From assembly GCA_944393225.1 (NCBI GenBank), contig CALXZK010000002.1, positions 15,148 to 79,147 of the forward strand: DNA of 64,000 nucleotides, read 5' to 3'. Below are positions 48,341 to 57,978 of this stretch, piece by piece (position 1 is the first letter of the stretch; each line of letters begins with the position of its first letter). The DNA comes from an uncultured Alphaproteobacteria bacterium. Its GTDB lineage: Bacteria; Pseudomonadota; Alphaproteobacteria; RF32; CAG-239. Under the pieces are notes generated by a model that worked only from the letters and a program-made list of their open reading frames with translations, was not told where the DNA came from and searched no databases. The position numbers were made by a program, and so were the translations under genes.

Positions 48341-50239
48341 TTATTCTTTGGTTTTTATTTCATTGGCTACCGACAAAAGCATAAATTTGTTTGGAACATC
48401 ACTTTTGATGCTCCACATTGGCTTTTGTACATCTCTTATCCAACCGATTGAGCGCAACTCAACATCTCCGCTAAACTCATCGGGCGGAGAATCTAAAATT
48501 TGGTCTTTGTGCATTTTCTTTAACGGAACATCAAAATAACCATTACCAAAATCAAGCCTTAAGGATTTTGATTTGATTATCCGAAAAATTCCATGAATCA
48601 AACGATAGGCCTTCGGAGGATAGGGTCTGGTTGAATCTACCATAAAAGGCAACGGCTCTATGATATGTTCATATGGTAAACCAACAATGATTTTACCAGC
48701 CTCGTCCTGAAGTGTTATTTTACCGTTTTCTACCGGCAGTTCTTCTATCGGAAAATCGTCTGCGACAACAGAAACTTTTTTTCCTTCCCATATATCTAAA
48801 TCAGCCCATTCTTTTTTCGGGGTTTCCGATACAAAAATTTTACCGCAATCAACATACATTTCCTCAGAAAATGTTTCCAAAAAATATGTTTCTGCTCTTT
48901 TGATAAGAAAATATATTTCATTACCGATTACAGCACACGATATAAATTTTCCATCGGTTACATATTTGCTCCACGCATTGACCTCTTCTGTGCGATATGA
49001 AGTCAGGCAAGAAATGGTTCCGTCTTCCAAAATCAAGTATAAAATACTATCATCTTGAAAATAAACACAATCCACCGGTTTATTGATGATTTCATCTGAC
49101 AACAAAGTCAAATCTTTGGCTTGATAAGCTTGCTCCACATCAGCATATAAGAACTCACGCAATTGCTTGCCGTTTTGTGATACGAACAAAGTGGCGCCAT
49201 CTACATTTTGCGGCGGAAGTGAATATTTGGCATAGGTTCCGATATTGGTTTGGCGATTGAGTTTAATGCTGGTTGGCGTTAATGGTTCTCCCGATACCAT
49301 CCACTCTGCTCCGGTGGTAAACACCAACAAATGTCTGGTTGAAACAACATTCAAAACCGCATTGACCTGATCTGATAAAATGGCAAAGTCAATAGACTCA
49401 TCATCTAACCCAGTACCTATATCAAAATTAAATAAATCTGATGACTTGGACAGCCATAGGTGGTTTGGTAATGACCTTGAGCCGCCGATGACCATTCTAT
49501 CTTGATGGAATGTTACCGAATTTGGATAGCCGCGAAGTTTTGAAAAAGCTTGTTCTTCCCATTCAGTGGTTTCATTCCCATTGCCTAAGTTTTTAGTCAC
49601 ATCTGCTTTGCAATTTCTTGCATCACTTACTGAGGTTATTTTAGCTTCACCATCATTTATTCTCAGTCGGATACCAACATAATTTTGGTTAAAAAGATCT
49701 GTATCTGCCGTTAGCGTTATATTTCCATTTGTACTGCTTGGTTTGAGCTTTATTTTATTTTGATAAAAATTATAATACGGACAAAATACTTGTCCGTCTT
49801 TTTGATAGAATGACCATTCGGCAATTTTCCAGACCTCGTTTTGATTGCGGCTGATTTCTTGCGGCGGGACATCAGGGTGAACAACCAACAACGTATCAGC
49901 GCTTTGTGTCCAATTGATTTTTTTGAGTTGAGCCAAAGTCCATGGTGTTTCTAAAGTGGAAATCAGCTCTTTATTCTTGTAAATTTTGACTTTTTTATCA
50001 ACGAAACAGAGCAAATAAGTTTGTTCGGTGTTGAACTCAAAAGAAATTAATCTTCCCTCTTCTCCTATCTCGTCGACACAAGCTAACCCCCTTCTTCTGG
50101 AAACGCCACCGGTTGGGTGAATCTGCACATTTTGCAGTTTGCTGGCACCGTTTTCAAAAATGCGCAAATCGCCGCGACCATAAAGTTTGTCCGACAACTG
50201 CCCGGAGGTGAAATTGGTTTTGACGTATATTTGATTCAT
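48341..50239 (-). CDS. Tail tubular protein B (nozzle; T7 gp12-like)
   Basis: TNFTSGQLS...GR.D N-terminus, AFSKLRGYPNSVTFHQDRMVIGGS, EEVNAWS; position after tubular A. Confidence 0.8.
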   Translation of the reverse strand: MNQIYVKTNFTSGQLSDKLYGRGDLRIFENGASKLQNVQIHPTGGVSRRRGLACVDEIGEEGRLISFEFNTEQTYLLCFVDKKVKIYKNKELISTLETPWTLAQLKKINWTQSADTLLVVHPDVPPQEISRNQNEVWKIAEWSFYQKDGQVFCPYYNFYQNKIKLKPSSTNGNITLTADTDLFNQNYVGIRLRINDGEAKITSVSDARNCKADVTKNLGNGNETTEWEEQAFSKLRGYPNSVTFHQDRMVIGGSRSLPNHLWLSKSSDLFNFDIGTGLDDESIDFAILSDQVNAVLNVVSTRHLLVFTTGAEWMVSGEPLTPTSIKLNRQTNIGTYAKYSLPPQNVDGATLFVSQNGKQLREFLYADVEQAYQAKDLTLLSDEIINKPVDCVYFQDDSILYLILEDGTISCLTSYRTEEVNAWSKYVTDGKFISCAVIGNEIYFLIKRAETYFLETFSEEMYVDCGKIFVSETPKKEWADLDIWEGKKVSVVADDFPIEELPVENGKITLQDEAGKIIVGLPYEHIIEPLPFMVDSTRPYPPKAYRLIHGIFRIIKSKSLRLDFGNGYFDVPLKKMHKDQILDSPPDEFSGDVELRSIGWIRDVQKPMWSIKSDVPNKFMLLSVANEIKTKE

Positions 50240-50805
50240 CCTCTTACCTCCACAAGCGTAAAGTCTTCAAAACAAGAAGGTGTTGATTGTTGCGCATCAA
50301 TCGAGCGTGCTCGACTAACACTGTCTTCGGCAATTTTGCTTAAAAATTCGGCTCTGGTTGTGCTCTCGGTCAACGGGATGCAAAACTCATAAGCCAATTT
50401 GTTGATTAAAGCCTCGCAAAAATATGCCGGAAAGTTATCTTCATCCGGACGACGCAAATAAGTTAAATTGAGCTGCGGCAAATTTGTATAAATGCAATCT
50501 TTGACAATTTTATATTCAATGCCCCTACCCTTGCTTCCATACCCTGCCGAAACAATCCGCAAAAAATCGGACGGAAGCAGATAAGCATAGCTAAAATCGG
50601 CAATCGGCGTATTTTCCAAACGCGCCAACTTGGTTTGAGTTAAAGCAAAGCTCCATGGATAAGATGATAATAAGGCATCGCGAATATAGGGATATAAATT
50701 GCCGGCAACTTCTGCCTCTGCCGTTCCGTCTTCAAAACTGGTTATGCTTGAAGCACCGATTTTTAACAGAGCCTGTGAACAGATATTGATACTGGTGTTA
50801 CTCAT
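50236..50805 (-). CDS. Tail tubular protein A (adaptor; T7 gp11-like)
   Basis: INICSQALLKIGASSI...YPWSFA...YAYLLPSDFLR; likely start MSNTS at 50805. Confidence 0.8.
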   Translation of the reverse strand: MSNTSINICSQALLKIGASSITSFEDGTAEAEVAGNLYPYIRDALLSSYPWSFALTQTKLARLENTPIADFSYAYLLPSDFLRIVSAGYGSKGRGIEYKIVKDCIYTNLPQLNLTYLRRPDEDNFPAYFCEALINKLAYEFCIPLTESTTRAEFLSKIAEDSVSRARSIDAQQSTPSCFEDFTLVEVRG

Positions 50806-50821
50806 ATACTCTTTTCCCTTC

Positions 50822-50854
50822 AAAAAAAAAGGAGCCTGCATTGCTACAGGCTCC
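50822..50854 (-). terminator. Intrinsic terminator between head and tail genes
   Basis: Minus strand ggagcctg-tagcaatg-caggctcc followed by 9 T. Confidence 0.8.
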
Positions 50855-50921
50855 CTATCATTTGCTTACAGTGTATCTTTTTATTTTAAATCATTTTCAT
50901 AAAAGGTATAATTTATTTCCG

Positions 50922-51182
50922 TTAAGCGGCAGCAGGTGTTGCCAAGGCCGCAACAGTCACTGTTCCGTCTTCAATTGAAGATACGGACAAAACTGCCGGT
51001 TCTAATGTACTTGCCGTGCCGGCATTGGTCAAAATCATATCGCCTTTGCGAGCAAACGGAGCAATATCGTTGAAATAACCGCTTCCTTTAACGGTATTTA
51101 AATCATCTTCAGATGAATAGTTCCACAAAGTAAAACCATTGGCATAAGCCATTACGCTGAAATTTTTTGAATCATAAGCCAT
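50922..51182 (-). CDS. Small virion protein after the capsid gene (possible decoration protein)
   Basis: 86 aa, beta-rich (FTLWNYSSED...GYFND...GDMI); strong aggaa RBS. Confidence 0.55.
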   Translation of the reverse strand: MAYDSKNFSVMAYANGFTLWNYSSEDDLNTVKGSGYFNDIAPFARKGDMILTNAGTASTLEPAVLSVSSIEDGTVTVAALATPAAA

Positions 51183-51207
51183 ATTTTTAATTCCTTTCTT
51201 CTATCAA

Positions 51208-52032
51208 TTATTCTTCTTTGCATTTGATGCGGATAACGCCGGTACCGTCAATTAAGCATGCGCCTTGGCTCATCATGTTATTAACAAAGTGAGCGGCATG
51301 GTCGCCGTGCCATGTGATGTCTGATTTTACATCTTGACCGGAAGCATGTCCGACTGCGGTTTTGTGAAAAATGAAGCAATCGCGATTGGTGCCATCAAGC
51401 GGTAAACCGGTGTGCATAATCCAGTTGATGCCCAACCATTTGCGGCTTTCGGTACCTTTTAAGAACGGCAAATTGTCACCGGCATAGTCAGAGTTAGAGA
51501 ACTCATCAATATTCAACAAAGCATTCCATTGCAAAGGACCCACAATACCGAAGCGTTGTCCATCGTCCGGAACATCGTTGCTGTTCAATTTGGCAAAAGC
51601 TTGCAAGATGGTGTCTTTGCTCAAAACTTGAGAATAATCACCGACATCATTTTCAACAGGTGCTTGGCTCAAAGCACCGATAATCAATTCATCGGTTTTT
51701 CTACCCAAAGCATAAGCACCGGCACTGGCAACCACGCGACGTTCATCAATGCTCATTTTGAGCTCATCCAAAGCATCTACCCAATCACCGGCATAGTAGT
51801 CGAGCAATTCGCATTCGACCGGTGTGTGGTCGATGCTCATGACCGGAACCAAACCATGACGAGCCTTACCGGAGGCAATGCCTTTGCCAACCTTTTGGAA
51901 TACAGTGGTGGCACCGACAATGTTACCTTTGTAACGAACGGCATTTCTCAATTTTGAGCCCATTTGTTGGTATGCCAAATGAACATCTGCTTCAAAGTTT
52001 TTAATAAAGGACTTACTTACTTCTGTTGACAT
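51208..52032 (-). CDS. Major capsid protein
   Basis: F..DVHLAYQQMGSKLR, AGAYALGRKTDELII, FAKLNSNDVPDDGQRF, GACLIDGTGV; follows the scaffold gene. Confidence 0.8.
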   Translation of the reverse strand: MSTEVSKSFIKNFEADVHLAYQQMGSKLRNAVRYKGNIVGATTVFQKVGKGIASGKARHGLVPVMSIDHTPVECELLDYYAGDWVDALDELKMSIDERRVVASAGAYALGRKTDELIIGALSQAPVENDVGDYSQVLSKDTILQAFAKLNSNDVPDDGQRFGIVGPLQWNALLNIDEFSNSDYAGDNLPFLKGTESRKWLGINWIMHTGLPLDGTNRDCFIFHKTAVGHASGQDVKSDITWHGDHAAHFVNNMMSQGACLIDGTGVIRIKCKEE

Positions 52033-52078
52033 GTTTTTATTTTCCTTTTCATGTTAAATGTTAAAAAAAAATGTGAGA

Positions 52079-52789
52079 TTATTTTTCAGGATAGAGTTTT
52101 TCAAAACCACGAGTGATTTTGGCGATATAGGCGCTATCCTTATCACGCCAATAACGCGGGTCTTCCATCATTTTACGAAGTCCGGCTTCACTCAGATTGC
52201 TCATCTCGCCGTCGTTTTTGTTCAATAACGGTTCAGATGAACTCATCATCTTGTAAAGGGCAATCACACCTTCAGATGTTGAGCCCAGCGCTTCATAAAC
52301 TTCCGGATTGACATTTTGTTTTGCCCAGTTGGAAAGAGAGCGAGAAACCTCGTTAAACTTATCTCTGCCGCCAAAGTAGCGAGAAAGTTTTTCAAGTTGT
52401 TTTTCAGCTTCAAAATTAACGGCCATTTCATCTAAAACCGGCAAAACTCTCTCGCCTGCCAAGTCATAAACAAACTGAGCTTGTTCGTTGGTGAAACCTT
52501 TTTCATAAAAACGTTTCATCAAATCTTCATCTACTTCCAAAACAGGTGACGGACTTTTGATTTGATATTGCGTATAATTTTGCGGCATGTTGCGCAAATT
52601 GGTTTCAATCAGATTATCATCTCTTCTTGCCAAATCGTTATAAGAGGCAATCAGTTCTTCCAATCTGACCTCGCCTTTTTGCTCGTCCCAAAATTGTTCG
52701 GGCAAGCCTTGCGGTTTGTTAGAATATCCACCATTTTGAGCCATAGCGGATGTTTCCAAAAGATTTTCTGTTTTTGCTTTTGGTTGCAT
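52079..52789 (-). CDS. Capsid assembly (scaffolding) protein
   Basis: GLPEQFWD...Y, acidic helical body, C-terminal MMEDPRYWRDKD..YIAKI..GF; likely start MQPKAK at 52789. Confidence 0.7.
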   Translation of the reverse strand: MQPKAKTENLLETSAMAQNGGYSNKPQGLPEQFWDEQKGEVRLEELIASYNDLARRDDNLIETNLRNMPQNYTQYQIKSPSPVLEVDEDLMKRFYEKGFTNEQAQFVYDLAGERVLPVLDEMAVNFEAEKQLEKLSRYFGGRDKFNEVSRSLSNWAKQNVNPEVYEALGSTSEGVIALYKMMSSSEPLLNKNDGEMSNLSEAGLRKMMEDPRYWRDKDSAYIAKITRGFEKLYPEK

Positions 52790-52814
52790 TTGTTTTCCTT
52801 TCATGTAAAAAAAA

Positions 52815-53042
52815 TTAATTGATGTCACTAAGCTGCTCTATTTGGCGGACTAACCTTCTTTGTCCTTCCAAATCGCGCAGGTGACGGTCTTCTGCGTCTG
52901 CGCCCAAGCACCTCTCTATGGTTTGGCGGCGCAAATATGAGAGGACAATTTTGCCCTCTTTACTTATGAAGCACCGAACAAAGGCTTTTTTGATTTCTTC
53001 ATCGCTCATTTGTCTGGTGTCATATTCCTCATGCGGCGGCAT
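52815..53042 (-). CDS. Small conserved phage protein between portal and scaffold (Bbp19-like)
   Basis: AFVRCF.SKEGKIVLSYL...LEGQRRLVRQIE; likely start at 53042. Confidence 0.55.
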   Translation of the reverse strand: MPPHEEYDTRQMSDEEIKKAFVRCFISKEGKIVLSYLRRQTIERCLGADAEDRHLRDLEGQRRLVRQIEQLSDIN

Positions 53043-54570
53043 TTTCTTCGCCTCCGCCGATAAAGCCTTGCAACAGATTTTCATCTATGATTTTTTCGTT
53101 TATCAGTTTGTCGGGCACATTCAAAATTTTGCCTAAAGTTTTGGCTGCCTCAAATGCATTGACCGCGCCCATACCCAGCGCCCCCAAAGAAGAAACTAAA
53201 GACACCCATTGACTGATGTTGTTGACGTCTTCTCTGGCTTTGAGCATGGCTAACGGCGATTTGTATTGCAAATCGACAATTTTGCCGTCTAAGTCAAAAT
53301 TCATAATGTCACCGCGACGACGCAAAATCAGAAATGCACGCTTGAGCAAAGGAGTCAGCAACTCGGATTGCAAGCGTCCGAAACTGGCACCTAAAATGCG
53401 TGCTATCTCTGCGGTTCTTTCCAAAACTTCAGTTGCAGTCATATTCGGAGCATTGACTTGTGATAATCTATCTGCCAGCAAAGCATGATTGATATTCTTT
53501 TGCAGATTTTCTAAAATCAGCTGCGAAACATCAAATTTTCCGGGAGCTTCCAACGGAGTTAAGCCTTTTGAACCCACCGCTTTGGGAATAATTGCTCCGG
53601 GGACAAGTTTGATATTTGCCGGATTTAGAACCCCGTCATCATCAGCCTGCCAAATTCCGGTGACGGAAATGGAGGCGTTTTTCAATATCAGTTCCACAAC
53701 CTTATTGGCGGTTTTGATATCCGGCAAAGCCTTCATCACCGGAGAGCGCCCATAAATTTCTCCGGGAGCTTTGAGCCAACGGAAATTGATGAACGGCGAA
53801 GAAGAAAATACGCCTTCTTTCAAAATAACATTATCTTCCACACCGCTGTTTTCATCCCACACAAAAGCCGTGTATTCATACCCTGCGGCACCAAATTTAC
53901 CGTTTTGCGGAATAACCGCTTCAATCAAGCTTAAGCGAAAATCCGGATTTTGAGCTTGCTCCAGCCAGCTATCTTGTAACTCTGCCTCAGGGAAACGCAA
54001 ACGAATATCATCGATACTGACTTGTGAGCAACGGAATGTCGTATCCAACTTGCCATCGGCACTTTCTTCCAAAGCAATTTCTCGCAATGGAACAGCATAA
54101 AATCGGAATGCCGACGCTTCTCCAATCGGCGCTTCTTCAAACATCAAACAAGCCGTGCCGACCGTAATTAAATCCAGATAGCATTGATGAATTTCCACCG
54201 CAAAATTAGAATGTTCAAAATGCTGCAACATAATGTCTGAGGTTTTGCTCAAAGTTTCTGCCACTTGTGAAGCTTCTTCCGGCAACAACTCCGGACCAGC
54301 CGTCAAGCCAAACCATTTTGACCATGGCGGTGTCAATTCTGCCAAAAGTGATGATGCCAACTGATCAACCGCATCCGGTGCCGTGGCATCAAACAAATGC
54401 AGATTTTTCTTTGCCCCTTCCACATTTTGAAACATTGAACTGCAGACATTTTCTCTTTGCGGAAAAGCATATTCATAACATTCTTGCCAATGGGGTTCCC
54501 AGAGCTGTTTTCTTTCCACAGCCTTTTGATAACGTTTGATAAGCTTTTCGATTTTATTATCCATTTTCAC
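53029..54570 (-). CDS. Portal / head-to-tail connector (T7 gp8-like)
   Basis: FDATAPDA...LAS, RWLKAPGEIYGRSP...ALPDIK, MTATEVLER, RLQSELLTPL, YKSPLA. Confidence 0.9.
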   Translation of the reverse strand: MKMDNKIEKLIKRYQKAVERKQLWEPHWQECYEYAFPQRENVCSSMFQNVEGAKKNLHLFDATAPDAVDQLASSLLAELTPPWSKWFGLTAGPELLPEEASQVAETLSKTSDIMLQHFEHSNFAVEIHQCYLDLITVGTACLMFEEAPIGEASAFRFYAVPLREIALEESADGKLDTTFRCSQVSIDDIRLRFPEAELQDSWLEQAQNPDFRLSLIEAVIPQNGKFGAAGYEYTAFVWDENSGVEDNVILKEGVFSSSPFINFRWLKAPGEIYGRSPVMKALPDIKTANKVVELILKNASISVTGIWQADDDGVLNPANIKLVPGAIIPKAVGSKGLTPLEAPGKFDVSQLILENLQKNINHALLADRLSQVNAPNMTATEVLERTAEIARILGASFGRLQSELLTPLLKRAFLILRRRGDIMNFDLDGKIVDLQYKSPLAMLKAREDVNNISQWVSLVSSLGALGMGAVNAFEAAKTLGKILNVPDKLINEKIIDENLLQGFIGGGEENAAA

Positions 54571-54761
54571 TCTCCCAATAATGTTTTGCGGTTCAAATCG
54601 CGATTTGTGGGATCAAATGTTCCGGTATAAGATGTGCGGATGGTGCTTTCCAAACCACGACGTTGACGCGCCAAAGCTTCTTGTCTTGCCTTTTCGGCAT
54701 CTTGCGCCGAAGTGTCTTCAACCACTTGAATTTTTGGTTTGCTGCTAAATACGCCTCCCAT
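54567..54761 (-). CDS. Small virion-assembly protein upstream of the portal
   Basis: MGGVFSSKPK...RRGLESTI.TS..G......KTLLGE; ggag RBS; stop overlaps the portal start. Confidence 0.55.
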   Translation of the reverse strand: MGGVFSSKPKIQVVEDTSAQDAEKARQEALARQRRGLESTIRTSYTGTFDPTNRDLNRKTLLGE

Positions 54762-54784
54762 GTTTTCTCCTTTCTTTTTGATAT

Positions 54785-54812
54785 AAAAAAAGCCCGAATT
54801 TTTTATTCGAGC
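54785..54812 (-). terminator. Putative intrinsic terminator between lysis and head genes
   Basis: Minus strand gctcgaat-aaaaa-attcgggc followed by 7 T. Confidence 0.6.
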
Positions 54813-54835
54813 AGGTTCCTGTTTTTTTGTTAAAA

Positions 54836-55330
54836 TTATTGCTTCTTGTTGTTTTTTTCGGTTCCGCTTTTGACAACCTGAATACCCAAAACGCCCAGAG
54901 CCACACTCCAAAGTGAAGTGGTTTCAACCAAAGCATTGATGATGTTTTCGGCATTTTGATATCCGCTTAAAACCACATAGCAGACGGTGCCAATCATCAA
55001 CAACCAAGCCAAAGCGACCGAATAGCCAAAAGCCGGACGCCAAAAACGCACAAATTTGTCTTCGGCATTCAGTTCTTGACGTATGGTCTGATGAATCTGC
55101 GATAATGTATTGTTATCGAGCTCATTTTCCAGTTCTTTCATCTTTTCCAAATGCCGATTGGCTTCACTCACCGCAGCATTGGAAATTTTTTGTTTTTCAA
55201 TATCCGAGCTTACTTCACCCAAAGCTAAATTGGCTTTGAGTGCCGTATCTCCGCCGATTTTTTCTAACCCTGACCGCACCATTTTAATCAAAAACGGCAG
55301 CCCGAATTGGCTTAAAAGTTTTATCAGCAT
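54836..55330 (-). CDS. Holin of the 3TM (gene-transfer-agent release) type
   Basis: EDKFVRFWRPAFGYSVALAW...ALGVLGIQV..SG.EK matches the GTA_holin_3TM pattern. Confidence 0.7.
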   Translation of the reverse strand: MLIKLLSQFGLPFLIKMVRSGLEKIGGDTALKANLALGEVSSDIEKQKISNAAVSEANRHLEKMKELENELDNNTLSQIHQTIRQELNAEDKFVRFWRPAFGYSVALAWLLMIGTVCYVVLSGYQNAENIINALVETTSLWSVALGVLGIQVVKSGTEKNNKKQ

Positions 55331-55750
55331 TTATCTCTCCACATCGTTGTAAAAGACATGATTGCCGATTTCGGCACAAGGGATTTTCCCGATGGACCAA
55401 CGTGGACGCACTTTTTTGGTGTGATAATGCGTGGCACCGTAAGTTCTGTCGGGCAAAAGTCCTGCCAAAGCACGTTTGGCGATGCGTTTACAAGTGGCAT
55501 AAATCGGGTTGCTCTCATCCACACGCAGCAAAAGCCGATAATTGGCATCGTCCAAATTCCAACAAGAAAATTGTTTATCTTTTTGGCAGACGCTTGCCAC
55601 GTCATTTCCCCACCAATAGCCGCCTTTTTTCTCGCTCAAAGCAACCCTGTTCATAATCACATTGGCAACCGCTTCTTGTCCCGATAATGGTTCTCCCCTT
55701 GCCTCACCGAAAATGGTTTTGGCAAAGATGTCCGTTGTTAAATCTGTCAT
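55331..55750 (-). CDS. SleB-like cell wall hydrolase (Hydrolase_2), probable endolysin
   Basis: KTIFGEARGE (catalytic Glu), AVANVIMNRV, QFSCWN, GATHYH, IGNHVFY. Confidence 0.88.
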   Translation of the reverse strand: MTDLTTDIFAKTIFGEARGEPLSGQEAVANVIMNRVALSEKKGGYWWGNDVASVCQKDKQFSCWNLDDANYRLLLRVDESNPIYATCKRIAKRALAGLLPDRTYGATHYHTKKVRPRWSIGKIPCAEIGNHVFYNDVER

Positions 55751-56034
55751 GAATTTCTTCCCACCCCATCTAATTTTTTTTCAATTCTCAGCAAATGGTC
55801 GGTTAAGCGATTTTCCACATCTTTCAGATAGTTGACCGAAACATAATTGCGGGCGACATGAAGCTTGAAATCTGCCAAAGCATCTTTCAAATTTGAAACA
55901 TGAGCATCGTGTGCTTCTTTCAAATGTTCTATGCCTTTATCCGCTTCTTTTTTGTTGCGATTAACCAATCGAAACAATGCGGCAAAAACCGGCAGCTCCA
56001 CCATTGCTATCCAGTTTGTCAGTTCGTTAAACAT
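55747..56034 (-). CDS. Small phage membrane/coiled-coil protein (lysis-associated?)
   Basis: N-terminal hydrophobic segment, FKLHVARNYVS...VENRLTDHLLRIEKKL. Confidence 0.5.
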   Translation of the reverse strand: MFNELTNWIAMVELPVFAALFRLVNRNKKEADKGIEHLKEAHDAHVSNLKDALADFKLHVARNYVSVNYLKDVENRLTDHLLRIEKKLDGVGRNS

Positions 56035-56042
56035 TGTTTTTC

Positions 56043-57551
56043 CTAATCTATTGTAAAAGTTGTTTGTGCCGAAAATTGCTTAGAGCCTCCTTGCCATTTG
56101 TTATATTTTGGCGGTGTGTTGCCGACAAAACAAACATTCAGGCGCAAAGGTTCATTACTCAAGCAGCCGGCAACGGCATCAAGTGCATCATCATGTCCGG
56201 TTCCCTCAACTGAGAACTCGCGCATTTCTTCAATAAACGGCGTGCTCCAAATTTTTTTATGAACATTTAACGCTCTTTCCGCCAGCAGAACCTCAAAAGC
56301 CGAAATTATTCTCTCAGCTTTGTTTTTGCTTGAGTACATTTCCAAAACAGCAACACGCATATTTTTTTGCGCCAGAACTTGTTTTAATATCCCCGGCAAA
56401 AACTTACCGATACCGTTGGCTTCTACCCGAACGGCATTCAAATGATTGCGCTCAATAAAAGCCGCTACCTTTTGACATTGTAATGACGCCGCATTATCTC
56501 TGACCTCATCTTCAATTTTGATATATTCCAAATCGTGCAGCCAATAGTGCCCATCTTCATCGGTAAAGACGCAGGCAATAACCGAATTATCTCCCTTTGA
56601 AGATGCAAAAGATGGATCCCACCAGCAAGAAGCCGACAACATTTTCTTCTCCCCGATTTTCAAAAAATCGCGCCCGTTTGAGGCAACGATGTTGATTTCT
56701 GCCTCATAAGGCTTCAAACAATCAGGATTCAAAATGCTGTCATTAAAGTTGACCGGTGTCAGCATCATTTGTGACAAGAATTTGTTTTCGCCGGAACGAA
56801 TGCGGATTGAAGCAATCTTCTCTTCGCTAAACCTTTCCGGCCAAGCAGATTTTCCTTCTTTATCCAAAATCGGCAGTTCCAACTTGGCAAAGCCCAGCAA
56901 AAAAGGTTCGGTCTCCGGCTTTTTATCATCGTATGCTACCTGATAGATGGTATAAAACGTATGCGGCGTGCCGATATAAAGCTGCATGCCTTCGGGTGTT
57001 AAGATATAATCCAACTCCTCTAGCTTTTCTCTCATATCGGCTCGCTTGGTCGGAGAATCCGAATTTTTCGGAACTTCAACGTCATCACAAATAATCAAAT
57101 CGGCACGCAAGCCGGTGATATTTGCGCCCAAGCCTTTGGCTAACATTGACGGATCTCTGAGCTCAAGCGGACGATTGATGGTAAATTGTCCTGCCGCCCA
57201 TTGATCTGACTTTTTAGGCTTCAATCCTTTGGTCAAAGGATGCTGCTCAATAATGCGTTTGACGTTTCTGACCATTTTTTTTGCCAAAGCATGATCTGCC
57301 GCCATAACCAAAATTCTGGTCTCGGGCTTATAATATAAAACCCAAGCACAAAACAAACCGACAATTGTTGACTTGCCAGAGTTGCGAAACGCCATCAACA
57401 AACCTTGTCTTTGTTTGGACGTTGTAAACAACCCGGACAACCAATGTGCCATTTTGCTTTGATGCTTGGGTACTTTCAGCCCCTGCAAACGCATCCAGAC
57501 ATATACAAAATCAAAAAAGCTGACTTTTGTGTTTAAGTCAGCTTTCATCAT
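56043..57551 (-). CDS. Terminase large subunit (T7 gp19-like)
   Basis: Walker A AFRNSGKST, Walker B LIICDDVE, IGTPH, WWDPS, HDDALDAVA; likely start at 57551/57548. Confidence 0.9.
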   Translation of the reverse strand: MMKADLNTKVSFFDFVYVWMRLQGLKVPKHQSKMAHWLSGLFTTSKQRQGLLMAFRNSGKSTIVGLFCAWVLYYKPETRILVMAADHALAKKMVRNVKRIIEQHPLTKGLKPKKSDQWAAGQFTINRPLELRDPSMLAKGLGANITGLRADLIICDDVEVPKNSDSPTKRADMREKLEELDYILTPEGMQLYIGTPHTFYTIYQVAYDDKKPETEPFLLGFAKLELPILDKEGKSAWPERFSEEKIASIRIRSGENKFLSQMMLTPVNFNDSILNPDCLKPYEAEINIVASNGRDFLKIGEKKMLSASCWWDPSFASSKGDNSVIACVFTDEDGHYWLHDLEYIKIEDEVRDNAASLQCQKVAAFIERNHLNAVRVEANGIGKFLPGILKQVLAQKNMRVAVLEMYSSKNKAERIISAFEVLLAERALNVHKKIWSTPFIEEMREFSVEGTGHDDALDAVAGCLSNEPLRLNVCFVGNTPPKYNKWQGGSKQFSAQTTFTID

Positions 57552-57849
57552 CTTCTTCTTGCTCCTGTTCATGTGCTTCTTCCAAAATGGAAGATATATC
57601 AAAATTATCATTCTGCGGCAAAGACATCGGCTCGTCTTCGGTCCAACGCGCGAGTTTTAACAAAGTTTCGGCATGAACCACCGCCGACTTGCATGCGCTA
57701 TGATGCGCACTAAAGCCTTTGGCATCGACCGGTGCCGGTTGCTCGGCAAAATTTTCGTAACTTTCAATCACCTCCGATATTTTTTGTGGTAATGTTTTTT
57801 TCAAATTTGCTTTTAATGATTTTAGTGTTTTTATTTTTTTACTTGGCAT
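57538..57849 (-). CDS. Hypothetical helical protein overlapping the terminase start (candidate small terminase subunit)
   Basis: Position and overlap; DAKGFSAHHSACKSA...LLKLARW with an acidic tail. Confidence 0.5.
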   Translation of the reverse strand: MPSKKIKTLKSLKANLKKTLPQKISEVIESYENFAEQPAPVDAKGFSAHHSACKSAVVHAETLLKLARWTEDEPMSLPQNDNFDISSILEEAHEQEQEEDDES

Positions 57850-57865
57850 TATGTGCATATCCCAT

Positions 57866-57890
57866 AAAAAAAAGCTCCGCAATCGGAGCC
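57866..57890 (-). terminator. Intrinsic terminator upstream of the packaging genes
   Basis: Minus strand ggctccg-attg-cggagct followed by a T run. Confidence 0.7.
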
Positions 57891-57978
57891 TTATTTTGTT
57901 TTAGATACACTACCAGCAAGTGATATTATGCTTATAGATTAAAAAAAATGAAATGTTAAGACTTTTTTCCTACTATTT

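Noticed and set aside
51190-51240. T7 gp10A/10B-type programmed frameshift at the capsid end
   Set aside because: No slippery heptamer seen; the next gene has its own strong RBS.
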